A stretch of 64,000 nucleotides of DNA from Candidatus Roizmanbacteria bacterium CG_4_9_14_0_2_um_filter_38_17 (GCA_002788855.1 PFSB01000026.1:6142-70141), one strand, 5' to 3'; positions 46,297 through 56,480 are shown, counted from the first letter of the stretch. The notes: generated from the sequence alone by a model not told the origin. Numbers and translations are program-made.

Positions 46297-47125
46297 AAAG
46301 GCTGGACCTTTTATAGGGTTGAATTAACGCCCTATGTCCAACATAAGACTTGATATATTCTCTGCTTCGCTGTCATCGTTTGAAGAGATTATAAAATTGT
46401 AGATAGACTTACTATCTTTGAATTTCCCTGAAAAAAAATCTGTTGTAACTATTTTGTCATTCTTGTTAGAAATGTAAATAGGCAAGGAAGACCACTGATA
46501 ATCCGGCAATTTATTTTTACTAATTAAACCTGCTTCAGATGGATTTAAGTGAATATAGCGAAATACTTGTAACAGTTGTGGCTCTGAGCTTATTGTAACC
46601 GCTTTATAATTTCCTTCATAAACTGATCCGGTAAAATTCTTCTGAAGGTTAAAGTACATTGAATATGCTGTAGCTATTTTTTGCATGAACTTGGGTATTC
46701 CTCTATCTTGAACTTGTCTTAGTAATAGATGAAAGTGATTGGGCATTTCAACATAAGCGTGTATTTGAACTAATGGATGAATTAGCTTACTCTTTGAGAG
46801 AATTTCATTTAGCTGCTCAATTGAACTTCCATTCTTGATAGTTTGATTTAGCCTGAATAGGTAGTGACCATATGAATAATCGTAATTATTACACCAATAT
46901 AATAATTGCTCCCATCTTTGATAGTCTCTATTGTTAATATAGATATCTGACTTGCGTACACCACGATTAAAGATGTGGTAGAAATTGTCGTTATAAAATT
47001 GTAATTTACGAACCACCACAAATAATAATATCACTATATATTAAGAAAGGTCCAGCCTTTAAAAGATTTATGTGAAGAATGAGTATGGGGCTTGAAATCA
47101 GTCCTATTAAAAGTCCAGCCTTTAA
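46297..47125 (-). mobile_element. Second IS200/IS605-like unit: TnpA gene flanked by inverted hairpin repeats AAAGGCTGGACCTTT / AAAGGTCCAGCCTTT, with an extra copy at 47109
   Basis: The repeat at 46297-46312 is the exact reverse complement of the one at 47046-47060. A third partial copy sits at 47109-47125. Confidence 0.55.
46324..47034 (-). CDS. tnpA: IS200/IS605-type Y1 HUH transposase (TnpA/RAYT-like), paralog 2
   Basis: HUH motif MPNHFHLLL and Tyr motif FRYIHLNP. It shares YH[IV]FNRG with the 15924..16592 protein. Confidence 0.75.
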   Translation of the reverse strand: MILLFVVVRKLQFYNDNFYHIFNRGVRKSDIYINNRDYQRWEQLLYWCNNYDYSYGHYLFRLNQTIKNGSSIEQLNEILSKSKLIHPLVQIHAYVEMPNHFHLLLRQVQDRGIPKFMQKIATAYSMYFNLQKNFTGSVYEGNYKAVTISSEPQLLQVFRYIHLNPSEAGLISKNKLPDYQWSSLPIYISNKNDKIVTTDFFSGKFKDSKSIYNFIISSNDDSEAENISSLMLDIGR

Positions 47126-47128
47126 TAC

Positions 47129-48130
47129 TCACCTTTTGTTGCCTCGGTGAAATTGTTCGTGGATTTTTTTAAGTTGAGGGTTTGTTACGTGAGTATATAT
47201 CTGGGTTGTCGCAATATTCTTGTGTCCTAGCATTTCTTGGACTGAGCGGATATCTGCTCCTGATGTTAAAAGATCGGTAGCGAAGGTGTGTCTGAGCGTA
47301 TGGGGTGTTGGTTTTATAGGTAGCTTGGCTCGTTTTGCATACTTTGTAACAGCCCTTTGAATACTACGAGGAGTTAGCCTGTATTTATTACCTTTAGTAG
47401 AGTGGGTGATTAGTTTTTTGGTTGTGGGTTGTTTGCCAAGGTGGCGAATAAATAATGGCTGATAATCGTCTGTACGCTCAGATATATAACGCTCAAGCCA
47501 ATGCACAGATCGATCAGAGAGAAATACGATGCGGGGTCTTCGGCCTTTACCAATAACACCAAACTCTTTCCGTTCAAGATTGACCTGGTCCCGATCTAAG
47601 CGCGATAATTCGGCCACCCGCAGTCCTGTTGAAAACAACATCTCAAGGATAGCTTTATCACGTAATTCATTGAGCTTACCAGGATTAGGTTGAGCAAGTA
47701 AGCGCTCAAGCTGATCTAGATCTAATACCTCCACTTGTCTAGCTTCCGGCTTGGGAATGTCTATTTTATCTGGCTCTAATGTAGGTATATCATTCTTGAT
47801 TAAATACCTTAAGAAAGATCTAAGACCTATGACGTGGTAACCTTGAGTTTTTGAGGAAATAGGTTCGCCTTTGTTGTTTTTAAATGTGGTTAAGTGTAAT
47901 CTGTATTTACGAACTATATCTACAGTTAGCTCCTGGGCCGAAAGGGGAGAGGAGTGGCTTTTTAAGTAGCTTAAAAAACGAGTAAGATAATGACGGTAGT
48001 TGCGGATAGTTAAATCCGAAACATTTCTTTCAACCTTTAAATGAGCTAGATATTGTTCAACAAGATCGGGGAGGAGTATCATATCCACAGTGTAACACAC
48101 ATTGTGCGACACTGTCAACCTATTGTACAA
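47129..48130 (-). CDS. Tyrosine site-specific recombinase, XerC/XerD-like
   Basis: C-terminal catalytic region HTLRHTFAT...LGHKNIATTQIYTHV (R..HxxR..Y). The probable start is the Met at about 48082. Confidence 0.8.
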   Translation of the reverse strand: MYNRLTVSHNVCYTVDMILLPDLVEQYLAHLKVERNVSDLTIRNYRHYLTRFLSYLKSHSSPLSAQELTVDIVRKYRLHLTTFKNNKGEPISSKTQGYHVIGLRSFLRYLIKNDIPTLEPDKIDIPKPEARQVEVLDLDQLERLLAQPNPGKLNELRDKAILEMLFSTGLRVAELSRLDRDQVNLERKEFGVIGKGRRPRIVFLSDRSVHWLERYISERTDDYQPLFIRHLGKQPTTKKLITHSTKGNKYRLTPRSIQRAVTKYAKRAKLPIKPTPHTLRHTFATDLLTSGADIRSVQEMLGHKNIATTQIYTHVTNPQLKKIHEQFHRGNKR

Positions 48131-48138
48131 TAGTAACT

Positions 48139-49059
48139 ATGATTAAGTTGGGAATTAAGGTTGGAGCAAATGAGGATGATATTGCGAGATTGGAAAAAAC
48201 TAATCCAAATAGCATGGAGGTTAGATTTATCCTGGAGCAAGCCAAATTATTTAAGCCAGTACTAAATTACGCCAAAAAGCATAATATTCAAGCTAATTTT
48301 CACCACTGGGCGGCGTTTGATGGAGTCTTAGCTAATACAGCTGCACCTGGAAAATTTGGCAAGGAGTCGGTTCAAACAGTAGTAGATACTATAGATACAG
48401 CAGCTGAAAATAAGGGTGGATACGTCGTTTATCATACCGGTACAACCTGGCAAAACAAGGTTGATCATAAAGTTGGCAGACTCACTCCACTTGCGCAAAT
48501 AGCAACCGAAGATGAGGCAATTGGGCTATTTACTACGCGCGCCTTAAAGCTCCATAGATATGCTAATAGCAAAGGAATTCAGCTCATACTTGAGACTACC
48601 CCGATGTTTGACGCAGCCCAATGGATGTCACAGATTGGTCGCTTAAAGCGTATAAGCATCGGTAAGCTACCAATTTCGATAATAGACACCCTGGCAGATC
48701 AAGGCATTAATATAGCCAATGACTTTGAACACACCGCCTGTAATTATCCTGATCATGACCATGCCGAAACATTTGACTACCTATACACTAAAACCCAGCA
48801 ATTACTTAGTCAGACAAAACTGTTACATTTGGGATATTTAATTCCACCATATAACGGAACAGATTATCATGGTGACTTATCTAATCCAGAATTTTCTACA
48901 GATGTTGCATTGCCAAATAAAAATGAAATGTTAAAACTCTTGGAGCTTTTTAAAAACCATGAAAAGCTCTGGATTATTTCAGAACCAAAGACAGACCATG
49001 TGGGATCCTATGAAAAAGCGAGTGATCTCCTACAATCTGCAGGCATTAGATTCGAATAG
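48139..49059 (+). CDS. Hypothetical protein, possibly xylose-isomerase-like TIM-barrel fold
   Basis: Weak resemblance only. TACAAT sits 7 nt upstream of the ATG. Confidence 0.35.
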   Translation: MIKLGIKVGANEDDIARLEKTNPNSMEVRFILEQAKLFKPVLNYAKKHNIQANFHHWAAFDGVLANTAAPGKFGKESVQTVVDTIDTAAENKGGYVVYHTGTTWQNKVDHKVGRLTPLAQIATEDEAIGLFTTRALKLHRYANSKGIQLILETTPMFDAAQWMSQIGRLKRISIGKLPISIIDTLADQGINIANDFEHTACNYPDHDHAETFDYLYTKTQQLLSQTKLLHLGYLIPPYNGTDYHGDLSNPEFSTDVALPNKNEMLKLLELFKNHEKLWIISEPKTDHVGSYEKASDLLQSAGIRFE

Positions 49060-49637
49060 CTATCAAACTTAAGACCCTATTATCAAAGACGCCTTACAGG
49101 GCCTCTGGGAGCCTCTTACCCTCAAAATCTGTGTCAATTTGAGCTCAAACAGTATAGTTGGAAAATTAATTTAGAATAAGACGGGTAGGAGAGTAAGTGA
49201 TATTGGAAAATAGAAAAGTGTTGGGATTTTTTGAAATTTTAGATTTGATGCGCTTAAAAGCGTCTTGTTCACTTAAGAGCGAGCAAGACGTCGTAAAAGG
49301 TATATTGTGCGACATACTATAAAGCTGATTAAAACTTCATACATATGGCTAATAATAGAGTGGCGTATCATAAGCTCTACTAGCTTAAGCATAGAGACAA
49401 CACGCGTTAAGTACCACTACTGTTCGTTACTACCCAATCTTATCAAGAGGTCTTGATAGGTATTTTCGCTTTTGTTTGTTGCTAGAGTTAGTTTTAGTTT
49501 GGACCTTTAATTGGCGCTAATCTGTATTTTTTGAGCTCACACATATTCTTTTATTAGCATACTATATCTTATCAGTGCTAAAGTTATACACAAAATACTA
49601 TGGGATTACTATAGGCCTTCGCCTCCCCTCTCCCCTT

Positions 49638-50468
49638 TTAGTTTGTCCAGGAAGTTGTAAACAAGGCTAGTAAAAAAACTAGTAAGGCTACAAGTGAAAA
49701 TTCACGGAGAGTGCGAGGAAATAGTCGCTCAATTAGCTCCTGTTGGGTAACCCCAACTCCAAAATAAAACAGAGTAGTCAGTAGCAATGCCTGCATTGTA
49801 GATTTTATTGGCCAAAAGCTTAAGGCAAGGCTTACCTCCGCTAATGACAAAGCTAATAGGAGCGAGAGAAAAAGCAGTCGCCTACTATACTCATTTGTCA
49901 GTTTCATATACCATAAGCTATGAAGGGTTAATGGGAAGCTAATACACAATACAATTCCTGCATTATAAAAGGGATTAAGATGTAGCGATAAAACTGTTTC
50001 AAATAATAGGAAAAGAGCAAGTAGAGTGATGAGCAAGGCAATCGAACGGGCTACTCTTAAAAGTTGAATTGTCTTGTCTGTACCAATATTAAAGATATTT
50101 TCAGTTAAAAGAATTGCGTAATACCCCACCCCATAAAGCATTGCCATGGGTAAACGCGTTAACCAACGCACTGGTAGCAAAAAATAGAAAAATGAGACTG
50201 CTGCTGTGAAAAATGCAAGAAGTATAACTGCTGTAATACGCCTCATGCCCACAAAATCTGTACTAAATACAATGTAGGCTGCAGCTCCAGAAAATAGTGA
50301 CAAAGCTATCGCAATGGGAAAATAATAATCAACGTTAGTAACCAACTGAGTAGCTATTAGACCCAGTGTTACAATTATTGTTAAAGCTGTAAAACGCTGA
50401 CGTTTATTTAGCTTCCGCAGTGTAATCTGCATTCGTGTAAATAGTCGCAACATCTTCATTTTCTTCAA
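49638..50468 (-). CDS. Hypothetical polytopic membrane protein
   Basis: About 8 predicted TM helices. No family recognised. Confidence 0.5.
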   Translation of the reverse strand: MKKMKMLRLFTRMQITLRKLNKRQRFTALTIIVTLGLIATQLVTNVDYYFPIAIALSLFSGAAAYIVFSTDFVGMRRITAVILLAFFTAAVSFFYFLLPVRWLTRLPMAMLYGVGYYAILLTENIFNIGTDKTIQLLRVARSIALLITLLALFLLFETVLSLHLNPFYNAGIVLCISFPLTLHSLWYMKLTNEYSRRLLFLSLLLALSLAEVSLALSFWPIKSTMQALLLTTLFYFGVGVTQQELIERLFPRTLREFSLVALLVFLLALFTTSWTN

Positions 50469-51147
50469 GTTCTTTTATTAATCTATCTAATTTATTAATC
50501 TCACCCTCATCAGTAAGGGGCATGGGAATTTTGGTTATATATTCTTGCTTAACATATTGTACCTCAACTCCTCGCTCTTCAAGTTTCTTTCGAACATTCC
50601 CTAGTTCTTTAGCATTGGATATAACATCCGCAGTCTCACCTTCTAATTTTACGTCATCAGCACCAACTGTTATAGCTAATTCTATCAGCTCCTCTTCTCC
50701 CCTACCAGCACTTGTAATTAAGATTTTTCCAATAACTTTAAAATATGGCTCCACTGATTCTGGACTTACCATTCTTCCTCCACTCTTCCCCAATACGTGA
50801 CGAATACTGGCTGTTGTACGATTCTTATTATCCGTCTCCGCCTCGATTATTAACGCCACATTATTTAGCACTGTTCCACCAAACTTAGCTTTAGATATAT
50901 TTCCCTCTTTACCAATTCCCGTACCACGCATAATAGCTTTTTTAATCTTGTCTTTGGTGAGATTAGCAGCTTGTGCTCTTTCAACTGCAAGTCGTAGACG
51001 TGGATTAGAATTTGGATCTGTGTTGCCAGATCCCTCCCTAACTGCCATGGAAATAGCAAATGAAAGTTTTGAATATAGCTTGCTACGTTTAGAATCGGCA
51101 GCTCCTTTTTGATGCTTAATTGTGCTCCAGTGCGAATGCCCAGACAT
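50404..51147 (-). CDS. yebC: YebC/PmpR-family transcriptional regulator
   Basis: The N-terminus MSGHSHWSTIKHQK matches the YebC signature GHSKW.NIKH.K. The start was trimmed from 51174. Confidence 0.85.
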   Translation of the reverse strand: MSGHSHWSTIKHQKGAADSKRSKLYSKLSFAISMAVREGSGNTDPNSNPRLRLAVERAQAANLTKDKIKKAIMRGTGIGKEGNISKAKFGGTVLNNVALIIEAETDNKNRTTASIRHVLGKSGGRMVSPESVEPYFKVIGKILITSAGRGEEELIELAITVGADDVKLEGETADVISNAKELGNVRKKLEERGVEVQYVKQEYITKIPMPLTDEGEINKLDRLIKELEENEDVATIYTNADYTAEAK

Positions 51148-51207
51148 AGGCTTATTATAACAAATACTGGACATGGCATCGTAATTATGCTAACTTAGGA
51201 GCTTAGT

Positions 51208-51819
51208 ATGGTGGATTTGTCTACACAAGCCATACAAGCTGCCCTAGCTTGTGACTGGCAAAAAGCGATTAAGCTAAACCTTGAATTGGTTAAAGCTACC
51301 CCCGACGATGTTCAAGCTTTAAATAGACTGGCGTATTCACACATTCAGACTGATGATCCTAAAAAGGCTAAACGAATATATAGCTCTATCCTTAAGATAG
51401 ACCCACAAAACCTCATGGCAAATAAGAACCTGAATAAACTAAAAGGTAATATCTCCACAGTTAAAGCTCTGCCAACTAACGGACAGATATATATTGATGA
51501 ACCAGGCATGACTCGCTGCGTTGAACTTGTTAATACCGCACCTAAGGTTGTTCTGAAAAAAATAACACCGGGTATAAAAGCAGAGTATAAGATTGGAAAA
51601 AAGAAGATTGAAATTAGGACTGAAAGTGGAGAGTTTATTGGATCTTTACCGGATGATATATCTTTTTATATGAGAAGGCTATCTGAAAAAGGAAATAAGT
51701 ACGAGATGTACATTAAGGAAGTTGTGGATAGTAAAGTCTCTGTATACATAAGAGAACTGATTCGAAGTTTTGATACCAAAAAAAAGGTGTTTAACTCTCT
51801 AAGTTCTTTTTCTCGGTAG
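51208..51819 (+). CDS. Hypothetical protein with TPR-like N-terminus
   Basis: Helical repeat region ALNRLAYSHIQTDDPKKAKRIYSSILKIDPQN. Confidence 0.4.
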   Translation: MVDLSTQAIQAALACDWQKAIKLNLELVKATPDDVQALNRLAYSHIQTDDPKKAKRIYSSILKIDPQNLMANKNLNKLKGNISTVKALPTNGQIYIDEPGMTRCVELVNTAPKVVLKKITPGIKAEYKIGKKKIEIRTESGEFIGSLPDDISFYMRRLSEKGNKYEMYIKEVVDSKVSVYIRELIRSFDTKKKVFNSLSSFSR

Positions 51820-52012
51820 TCTCTTTAGGCGTCTTGCCAGAATAGACAATTCGCTTATCTCTTAAAAATATGATTGTTCCCCAGCTTTTCACCCTTCTTA
51901 CAGATTTTTCAATTTGCTCGACAATTCCATGTGGAACCTCTAGCTCACTTAAGGAACGCCACGCAAGAATGAACGATACTAAAGCCAATAGTATTATTAT
52001 TACTATAATCAT
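51791..52012 (-). CDS. Small hypothetical membrane protein
   Basis: The N-terminal TM MIIVIIILLALVSFILAW may be a split-off N-terminus of the neighbouring gene. Confidence 0.3.
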   Translation of the reverse strand: MIIVIIILLALVSFILAWRSLSELEVPHGIVEQIEKSVRRVKSWGTIIFLRDKRIVYSGKTPKETTEKKNLES

Positions 52013-52923
52013 TTTCCAAACATTAGTTTACTAAATTCACTACCTAGGTATAGCTTAGCCACGAGACTGTTGGTACTAGTCGCCTCAGTGACGAGTTCAC
52101 AGTTAAATGCTTGAATTACCCTTTGCGCAGTAACCGACTGGGCATCTTGCAAATTTGCAACGTGAAGTTGGCAATTCTCAAAATTACTACTCTTATTCTC
52201 TATCAGGATGACGTCTGTCCCCATGTTCTCAAGCATATTGCTAGCGAGTCTGGCTAACCCTGGTGTTCCTGCTGTGTTGTATACTATAAACTTAAACTGC
52301 TCCTCGGCGAGAGGTATTTCTACAAAATACTGCTGTAATTTTACTGGCAAAAAGCGTGCATCAGCATCTGAAATCTCTACTCCATCTGCTTCCTCGACCC
52401 TTGAAACAGTTCTAGTTTTAGACACGTCAATAATATTCTCCTTGGGAACTCTAATACCGTTTAGATTCCACCAAAGCTGAAAGAGCGCAGGGCTACTAAG
52501 GTTGCTGGTAAGATACTTTGGAGAAAGTGTATCTATCAATTCAACTAGATCAGATATGCTCTCTGATGATATATCCCTAGATGTCAGGATATATATGTCT
52601 ATAGGAATTGCTAAAAATCGCTCAAAACTTGCTTCAATAAACCCTTCCTTATGGTCGGTTAACTCTGCAAGCTTAGTTAATTTATTGACAGGATACTTAC
52701 CAGCACCTCTGGCTGTCTCAATATATGTGTCACTTGGAAAATACAGTGCATGGGCAGTAGTTTTGTCTAAAGCAACCACAATTGCGTCTCTGTCGTTGTA
52801 TACTAAAACATTAACTCTCCCCGTGGGACTAGATATATGAAGTAAGCTTGTATTTACCAATCTTGCAATGACAATAATACTTAAAAGTAAAATTATAAGT
52901 CCGCTGGCTATTTTTAAGATCAT
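52009..52923 (-). CDS. LytR/CpsA/Psr (LCP)-family-like cell-envelope protein
   Basis: N-terminal TM. The segment VNVLVYNDRDAIVVALDKTT...LYFPSDTYIE resembles the LCP core (NILLLG.D.R...RSDTIML...SIPRDTYV). Confidence 0.45.
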   Translation of the reverse strand: MILKIASGLIILLLSIIVIARLVNTSLLHISSPTGRVNVLVYNDRDAIVVALDKTTAHALYFPSDTYIETARGAGKYPVNKLTKLAELTDHKEGFIEASFERFLAIPIDIYILTSRDISSESISDLVELIDTLSPKYLTSNLSSPALFQLWWNLNGIRVPKENIIDVSKTRTVSRVEEADGVEISDADARFLPVKLQQYFVEIPLAEEQFKFIVYNTAGTPGLARLASNMLENMGTDVILIENKSSNFENCQLHVANLQDAQSVTAQRVIQAFNCELVTEATSTNSLVAKLYLGSEFSKLMFGK

Positions 52924-53648
52924 ATTTTAGTAAGCGTTGCTAATGCCTGTTGTAAGTCAACTGGTAAACTTTGTTCAACTGAGATTATTTTGTTTGTAGT
53001 TGGCTGGGTAAACTGAATACGGGCAGCGTGCAAGAACAGTCTCTGACACCAAGTGATATCTTTTTTAAATCTTTTTCGACCTGTGTACTTACTGTCGCTT
53101 ACTAGTGGATGCCCATAATGCTTAAAATGTACCCGAATCTGGTGAGTACGACCTGTTTTAGGATACGCTTCAACTAAAGTATACAGCTGATCCTTTAATT
53201 GGTAGTAAGCTAAAATCTTGTAACTAGTAACTGAAGCTTTGCCATCAGCTGAAACACTAAACTTCTGACGGTTAAAGGAAGATCTTGAAAGTGGCACGTT
53301 AATTTCCCCTTCGCGAACCTTGATCTTTTCATGTGTTAGAGCAATGTATGTTTTTTGAATTAGGCGCGCCTTAAATTGAGACTGGAGATTCTCAAAAGCC
53401 GGAATATATTTGGCAATTATTAGTGCTCCGCTGGTTTCTTTATCTAGTCGATGTACAATGCCCGCCCTAGAATAAAAATCTGCATTTATATTTCCAGCTG
53501 CTAACTGCTTACTACTTATTGCTAACTTCTTTTCTGCCCAGTCTTGAATTGTCTCTGATTTAACTGTCTCGGCGCGATTAATAACAACTCCTGCGGGTTT
53601 ACCGATTACCATAAGGTCACCGTCTTCGTATAGTATCTCAATTATCAT
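52920..53648 (-). CDS. RluA-family pseudouridine synthase
   Basis: Catalytic motif HRLDKETSGALIIAK. Confidence 0.85.
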   Translation of the reverse strand: MIIEILYEDGDLMVIGKPAGVVINRAETVKSETIQDWAEKKLAISSKQLAAGNINADFYSRAGIVHRLDKETSGALIIAKYIPAFENLQSQFKARLIQKTYIALTHEKIKVREGEINVPLSRSSFNRQKFSVSADGKASVTSYKILAYYQLKDQLYTLVEAYPKTGRTHQIRVHFKHYGHPLVSDSKYTGRKRFKKDITWCQRLFLHAARIQFTQPTTNKIISVEQSLPVDLQQALATLTKI

Positions 53649-54475
53649 TGAGAGTCCGCTGTGATGACTTTTTTTCGTGTAAGCTTTTTAAGAAACTTAA
53701 AGATAAGCTCTTTGTCCTGCTTAAATTTTCTAGTTAACCTATAGAGCATACTTGCAGAAATAACTAGGATAAGTAAGACAATAACCAGAGAAATAGGGAC
53801 AACAGAGATAAATAATTTGTCGCGGGTAAGAAAGAATGAAAAAGATTCAATTGTAGCCACTAGTGTCGCAGATGTTAAAAATATCCCCATGGGTAATTTA
53901 CGGGTGATGAGAAAGTACCTACTCCACTTATTAGTTATCAGGTAGAAGGCAGCGAAGTATATAACCGCCTGGATAAGCGCTAGGGGCACAAAATGCCCTG
54001 CTTCGCCTACAACTGTCAGCATGCCAAAGTAAGGTATATTTGTGCTTATTCCAATAAGTGATCCATCTAGGAATTGACCAATCTTATATAGTCCCACACT
54101 TAAAATCAGTGCTGGAGCAAAGATGTCTAAATACTTTTTATAGCTAGCTTCGTGTTTTCTACTTAAAACGATTACTGAGATAACCGCTGCAACTAAGCCA
54201 CCATAAGTATAAAATCCTGGCATCCAGCTAGGCAGTAATATTCTTAAAATATTCAAGCCAAACTTCTCTGGATATAGCAGTACATAAGAAAGACGAGCAC
54301 CTACTATTCCCCAGACAACTGACAACAGATACAGATCCATGGTCTTCTCTTCGCTTAGGTACTCACGCTTTGAAGTACGCCAAACAATAAAAGTGGAGGC
54401 TAAGAAAGCTAATAATATGAACACAGAAAACGAAGCAATTCGTATTGGACCAAGTTGTAGTAGCGTGGGCAACAT
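53645..54475 (-). CDS. lgt: Prolipoprotein diacylglyceryl transferase
   Basis: Polytopic membrane protein with Lgt-like G..LDGSLIG (compare GNFINGELWG) and general Lgt topology. Confidence 0.6.
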   Translation of the reverse strand: MLPTLLQLGPIRIASFSVFILLAFLASTFIVWRTSKREYLSEEKTMDLYLLSVVWGIVGARLSYVLLYPEKFGLNILRILLPSWMPGFYTYGGLVAAVISVIVLSRKHEASYKKYLDIFAPALILSVGLYKIGQFLDGSLIGISTNIPYFGMLTVVGEAGHFVPLALIQAVIYFAAFYLITNKWSRYFLITRKLPMGIFLTSATLVATIESFSFFLTRDKLFISVVPISLVIVLLILVISASMLYRLTRKFKQDKELIFKFLKKLTRKKVITADSQ

Positions 54476-54478
54476 AAG

Positions 54479-55042
54479 TTATTTGACGCGTTCTATATAT
54501 TTACCGTTTCTGGTATCTACTCTTATCATATCACCCTTTTTGATAAACATAGGCGCCCTGACCATTGCGCCTGTTTCGATAGTTACCTCTTTTCCTCCCC
54601 CACCTGAAGTATCTCCCCTAGCGTCAGGTGGCGCGTCGCTGACCATGTATTCATGTTTTATCGGAAGAGTTACCTCCACAATTACCTCTTCATGCTTCCT
54701 TAAAGTTACTTCCATACCTTCTTTTAGATAAGGCATCTTTCCCTCAAGCAAGTCTACTTCAACCTCAAACTGCTCATAGGTACTTGTATCCAAAAAAACT
54801 GCTTGGTCCTGATTTCCAACATACAAGAATTGAGCAGTGGAGGTCTCCAGTTGAACAGGTTCAACTTTGATTCCAGATTGGTAGGCTTTGCGAAGCGTCG
54901 ATCCAGTGGTCAGGTTTTTTGCTTTCAATACAACTTTACCAGTTCCTCTAGCTATCTTCTGGTGCATATATTCTAGCACTTGGTAAAGACTTCCATCTTC
55001 ACTATATATATTCCCCGGCCTAAGATCAGATATGTTTATCAT
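54479..55042 (-). CDS. efp: Elongation factor P
   Basis: KOW-like N-terminus MINISDLRPGNIY...KIARGTGKVVLKAKNL plus OB domains. Confidence 0.9.
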   Translation of the reverse strand: MINISDLRPGNIYSEDGSLYQVLEYMHQKIARGTGKVVLKAKNLTTGSTLRKAYQSGIKVEPVQLETSTAQFLYVGNQDQAVFLDTSTYEQFEVEVDLLEGKMPYLKEGMEVTLRKHEEVIVEVTLPIKHEYMVSDAPPDARGDTSGGGGKEVTIETGAMVRAPMFIKKGDMIRVDTRNGKYIERVK

Positions 55043-55115
55043 AGGTATGATTATACCTCAATGGTATAATTTGCAGGTGAGCCGGGGTGGCTAAATCCAC
55101 CTCATCGGTGGATAA

Positions 55116-55364
55116 TATGTATACTGTCTTAGAGGAATAAAAAGAAGAAAGTTATACATAGGTTGTACAGAAGATTTAAAGCGGCGATTGCATGAACATA
55201 ACACTGGCAGAAGTGGAATTTACACCTCTAAAAATGGCCCTTATGAACTGATGTACTATGAGGCATACAGTAGTAAAATTGATGCCTCTAAACAAGAGAA
55301 ATTTTATAAAACAGGGTACGGTAAAGAAGTATTAAAAGGTAAGTTAGAGGAAACTTTGAAATAG
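55116..55364 (+). pseudogene. GIY-YIG nuclease-domain ORF (about 82 aa) with no in-frame ATG/GTG/TTG start
   Basis: The frame reads VYCLRGIKRRKLYIGCTEDLKRRLHEHNTGRSG...YKTGYGKEVLKGKLEETLK*. The nearby ATG at about 55117 is in the +1 frame. It ends 1 nt before tRNA-Leu. Confidence 0.4.
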
Positions 55365-55448
55365 GCCGGGGTGGCGGAATGGTAGACGCGCAGGTCTCAA
55401 AAACCTGTGGTACTTAGTACCATGTGGGTTCAAGTCCCATTCCCGGCA
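55365..55448 (+). tRNA. tRNA-Leu (anticodon CAA), type II
   Basis: Acceptor GCCGGGG pairs with TCCCGGC. Anticodon loop is CTCAAAA, the variable arm is long, and the T-loop is GGTTCAAGTCC. Confidence 0.8.
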
Positions 55449-55464
55449 CTAAATTGACTTTAGA

Positions 55465-55500
55465 CCTTAAATTCAACCCTTTTGTAAGGCTTAGCCTTAC
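55465..55500 (+). repeat. Direct repeat D: CCTTAAATTCAACCCTTTTGTAAGGCTTAGCCTTAC, immediately downstream of tRNA-Leu(CAA)
   Basis: About 32 of 35 positions match copy E at 56481-56516. It contains the palindrome GTAAGGCTTAGCCTTAC. Confidence 0.5.
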
Positions 55501-55522
55501 TATATGCTTAATTAACGGTGTC

Positions 55523-56143
55523 TTACCACTCCATTTTTGAGTCATCTTGCTTTAAAAAAATTATTAGTGGCTTAGAGAACACAGTTAAAGCTGATGCAAT
55601 GCTAAGAACATGTTCAGCTGTAGGAATGATGATATTATAAGCACCTTGTATCACTGTTGTTTCTGGAGGAACTAGCTCGTCACCAAATAGAACCCTTACA
55701 GTCATAATTTTCTGCTTATCAGTTTCTGAAAGCAAGTTTTCGTGAGCTTCACAAAGCCTTACAGACTGGGCAAATGCTGAACTTGACTTACTCTTAGAAC
55801 TAAACGATCGAAATCCTGTTGTTGGTCCGACTCTTAATCTTCCACAAACATTTATTACTCTATGAACTATCTCTCTCCTTTCAATAAAGGCGTTAATGGC
55901 AGCACTCCCACCAGCACTTGTTCCTACTAAAGAAACTGTATCTCCAGCTTCTGTTAACTGATCAATCATATCAGTTAATCGGTTCAACTTAGGCTCAAAA
56001 GAATCTTCTCCATCATGCCAACCAACAGCGTGGACAATTGGCTCTAATCCGTAATTTCTCCAATGACTAACTGCCCATTCGATAGGCTTAACCCTCTGAT
56101 CTCCAAGACCTGGAATAACTAGAACTTTATGCTCTTTGGACAT
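55523..56143 (-). CDS. Alpha/beta-fold hydrolase (esterase/lipase-like), islet cargo gene
   Basis: Nucleophile elbow GTSAGG (GxSxG) at a size of about 206 aa. Confidence 0.65.
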   Translation of the reverse strand: MSKEHKVLVIPGLGDQRVKPIEWAVSHWRNYGLEPIVHAVGWHDGEDSFEPKLNRLTDMIDQLTEAGDTVSLVGTSAGGSAAINAFIERREIVHRVINVCGRLRVGPTTGFRSFSSKSKSSSAFAQSVRLCEAHENLLSETDKQKIMTVRVLFGDELVPPETTVIQGAYNIIIPTAEHVLSIASALTVFSKPLIIFLKQDDSKMEW

Positions 56144-56480
56144 TCGAGTTTGTTTTCTTCAAATAATACAGTATGTGCAAAAATGGGAGTAATCCAAAAT
56201 ACCTATCCCTATATTTATGACTTTCTACAACCTGCCATCCTTTGTCAGCAAAGTAACATCACCAGTCCCTGAGCTAATATCTATAAATCCTCTTGGATTT
56301 AGTTAGAAATGGGACCACTCGATCAACAACTTCAATAGACCTAGCTCTGACAAGTTTCTGTATGAGTTGATTTCATGTGTTGATTATATAACAAGTTCTT
56401 GTGATCTCGCAGGGTCGGACCTTTTGAGGTTATTTTTGTGAGATTCTATTAGATGTTTATTTTTCTCTTTTGTGTTTGGG

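Noticed and set aside
49060-49640. Searched by eye for tmRNA tag-peptide/tRNA-like end, RNase P P4 consensus and SRP RNA motifs in the ORF-free regions
   Set aside because: No recognisable consensus blocks were seen. The regions remain candidate ncRNA loci only.
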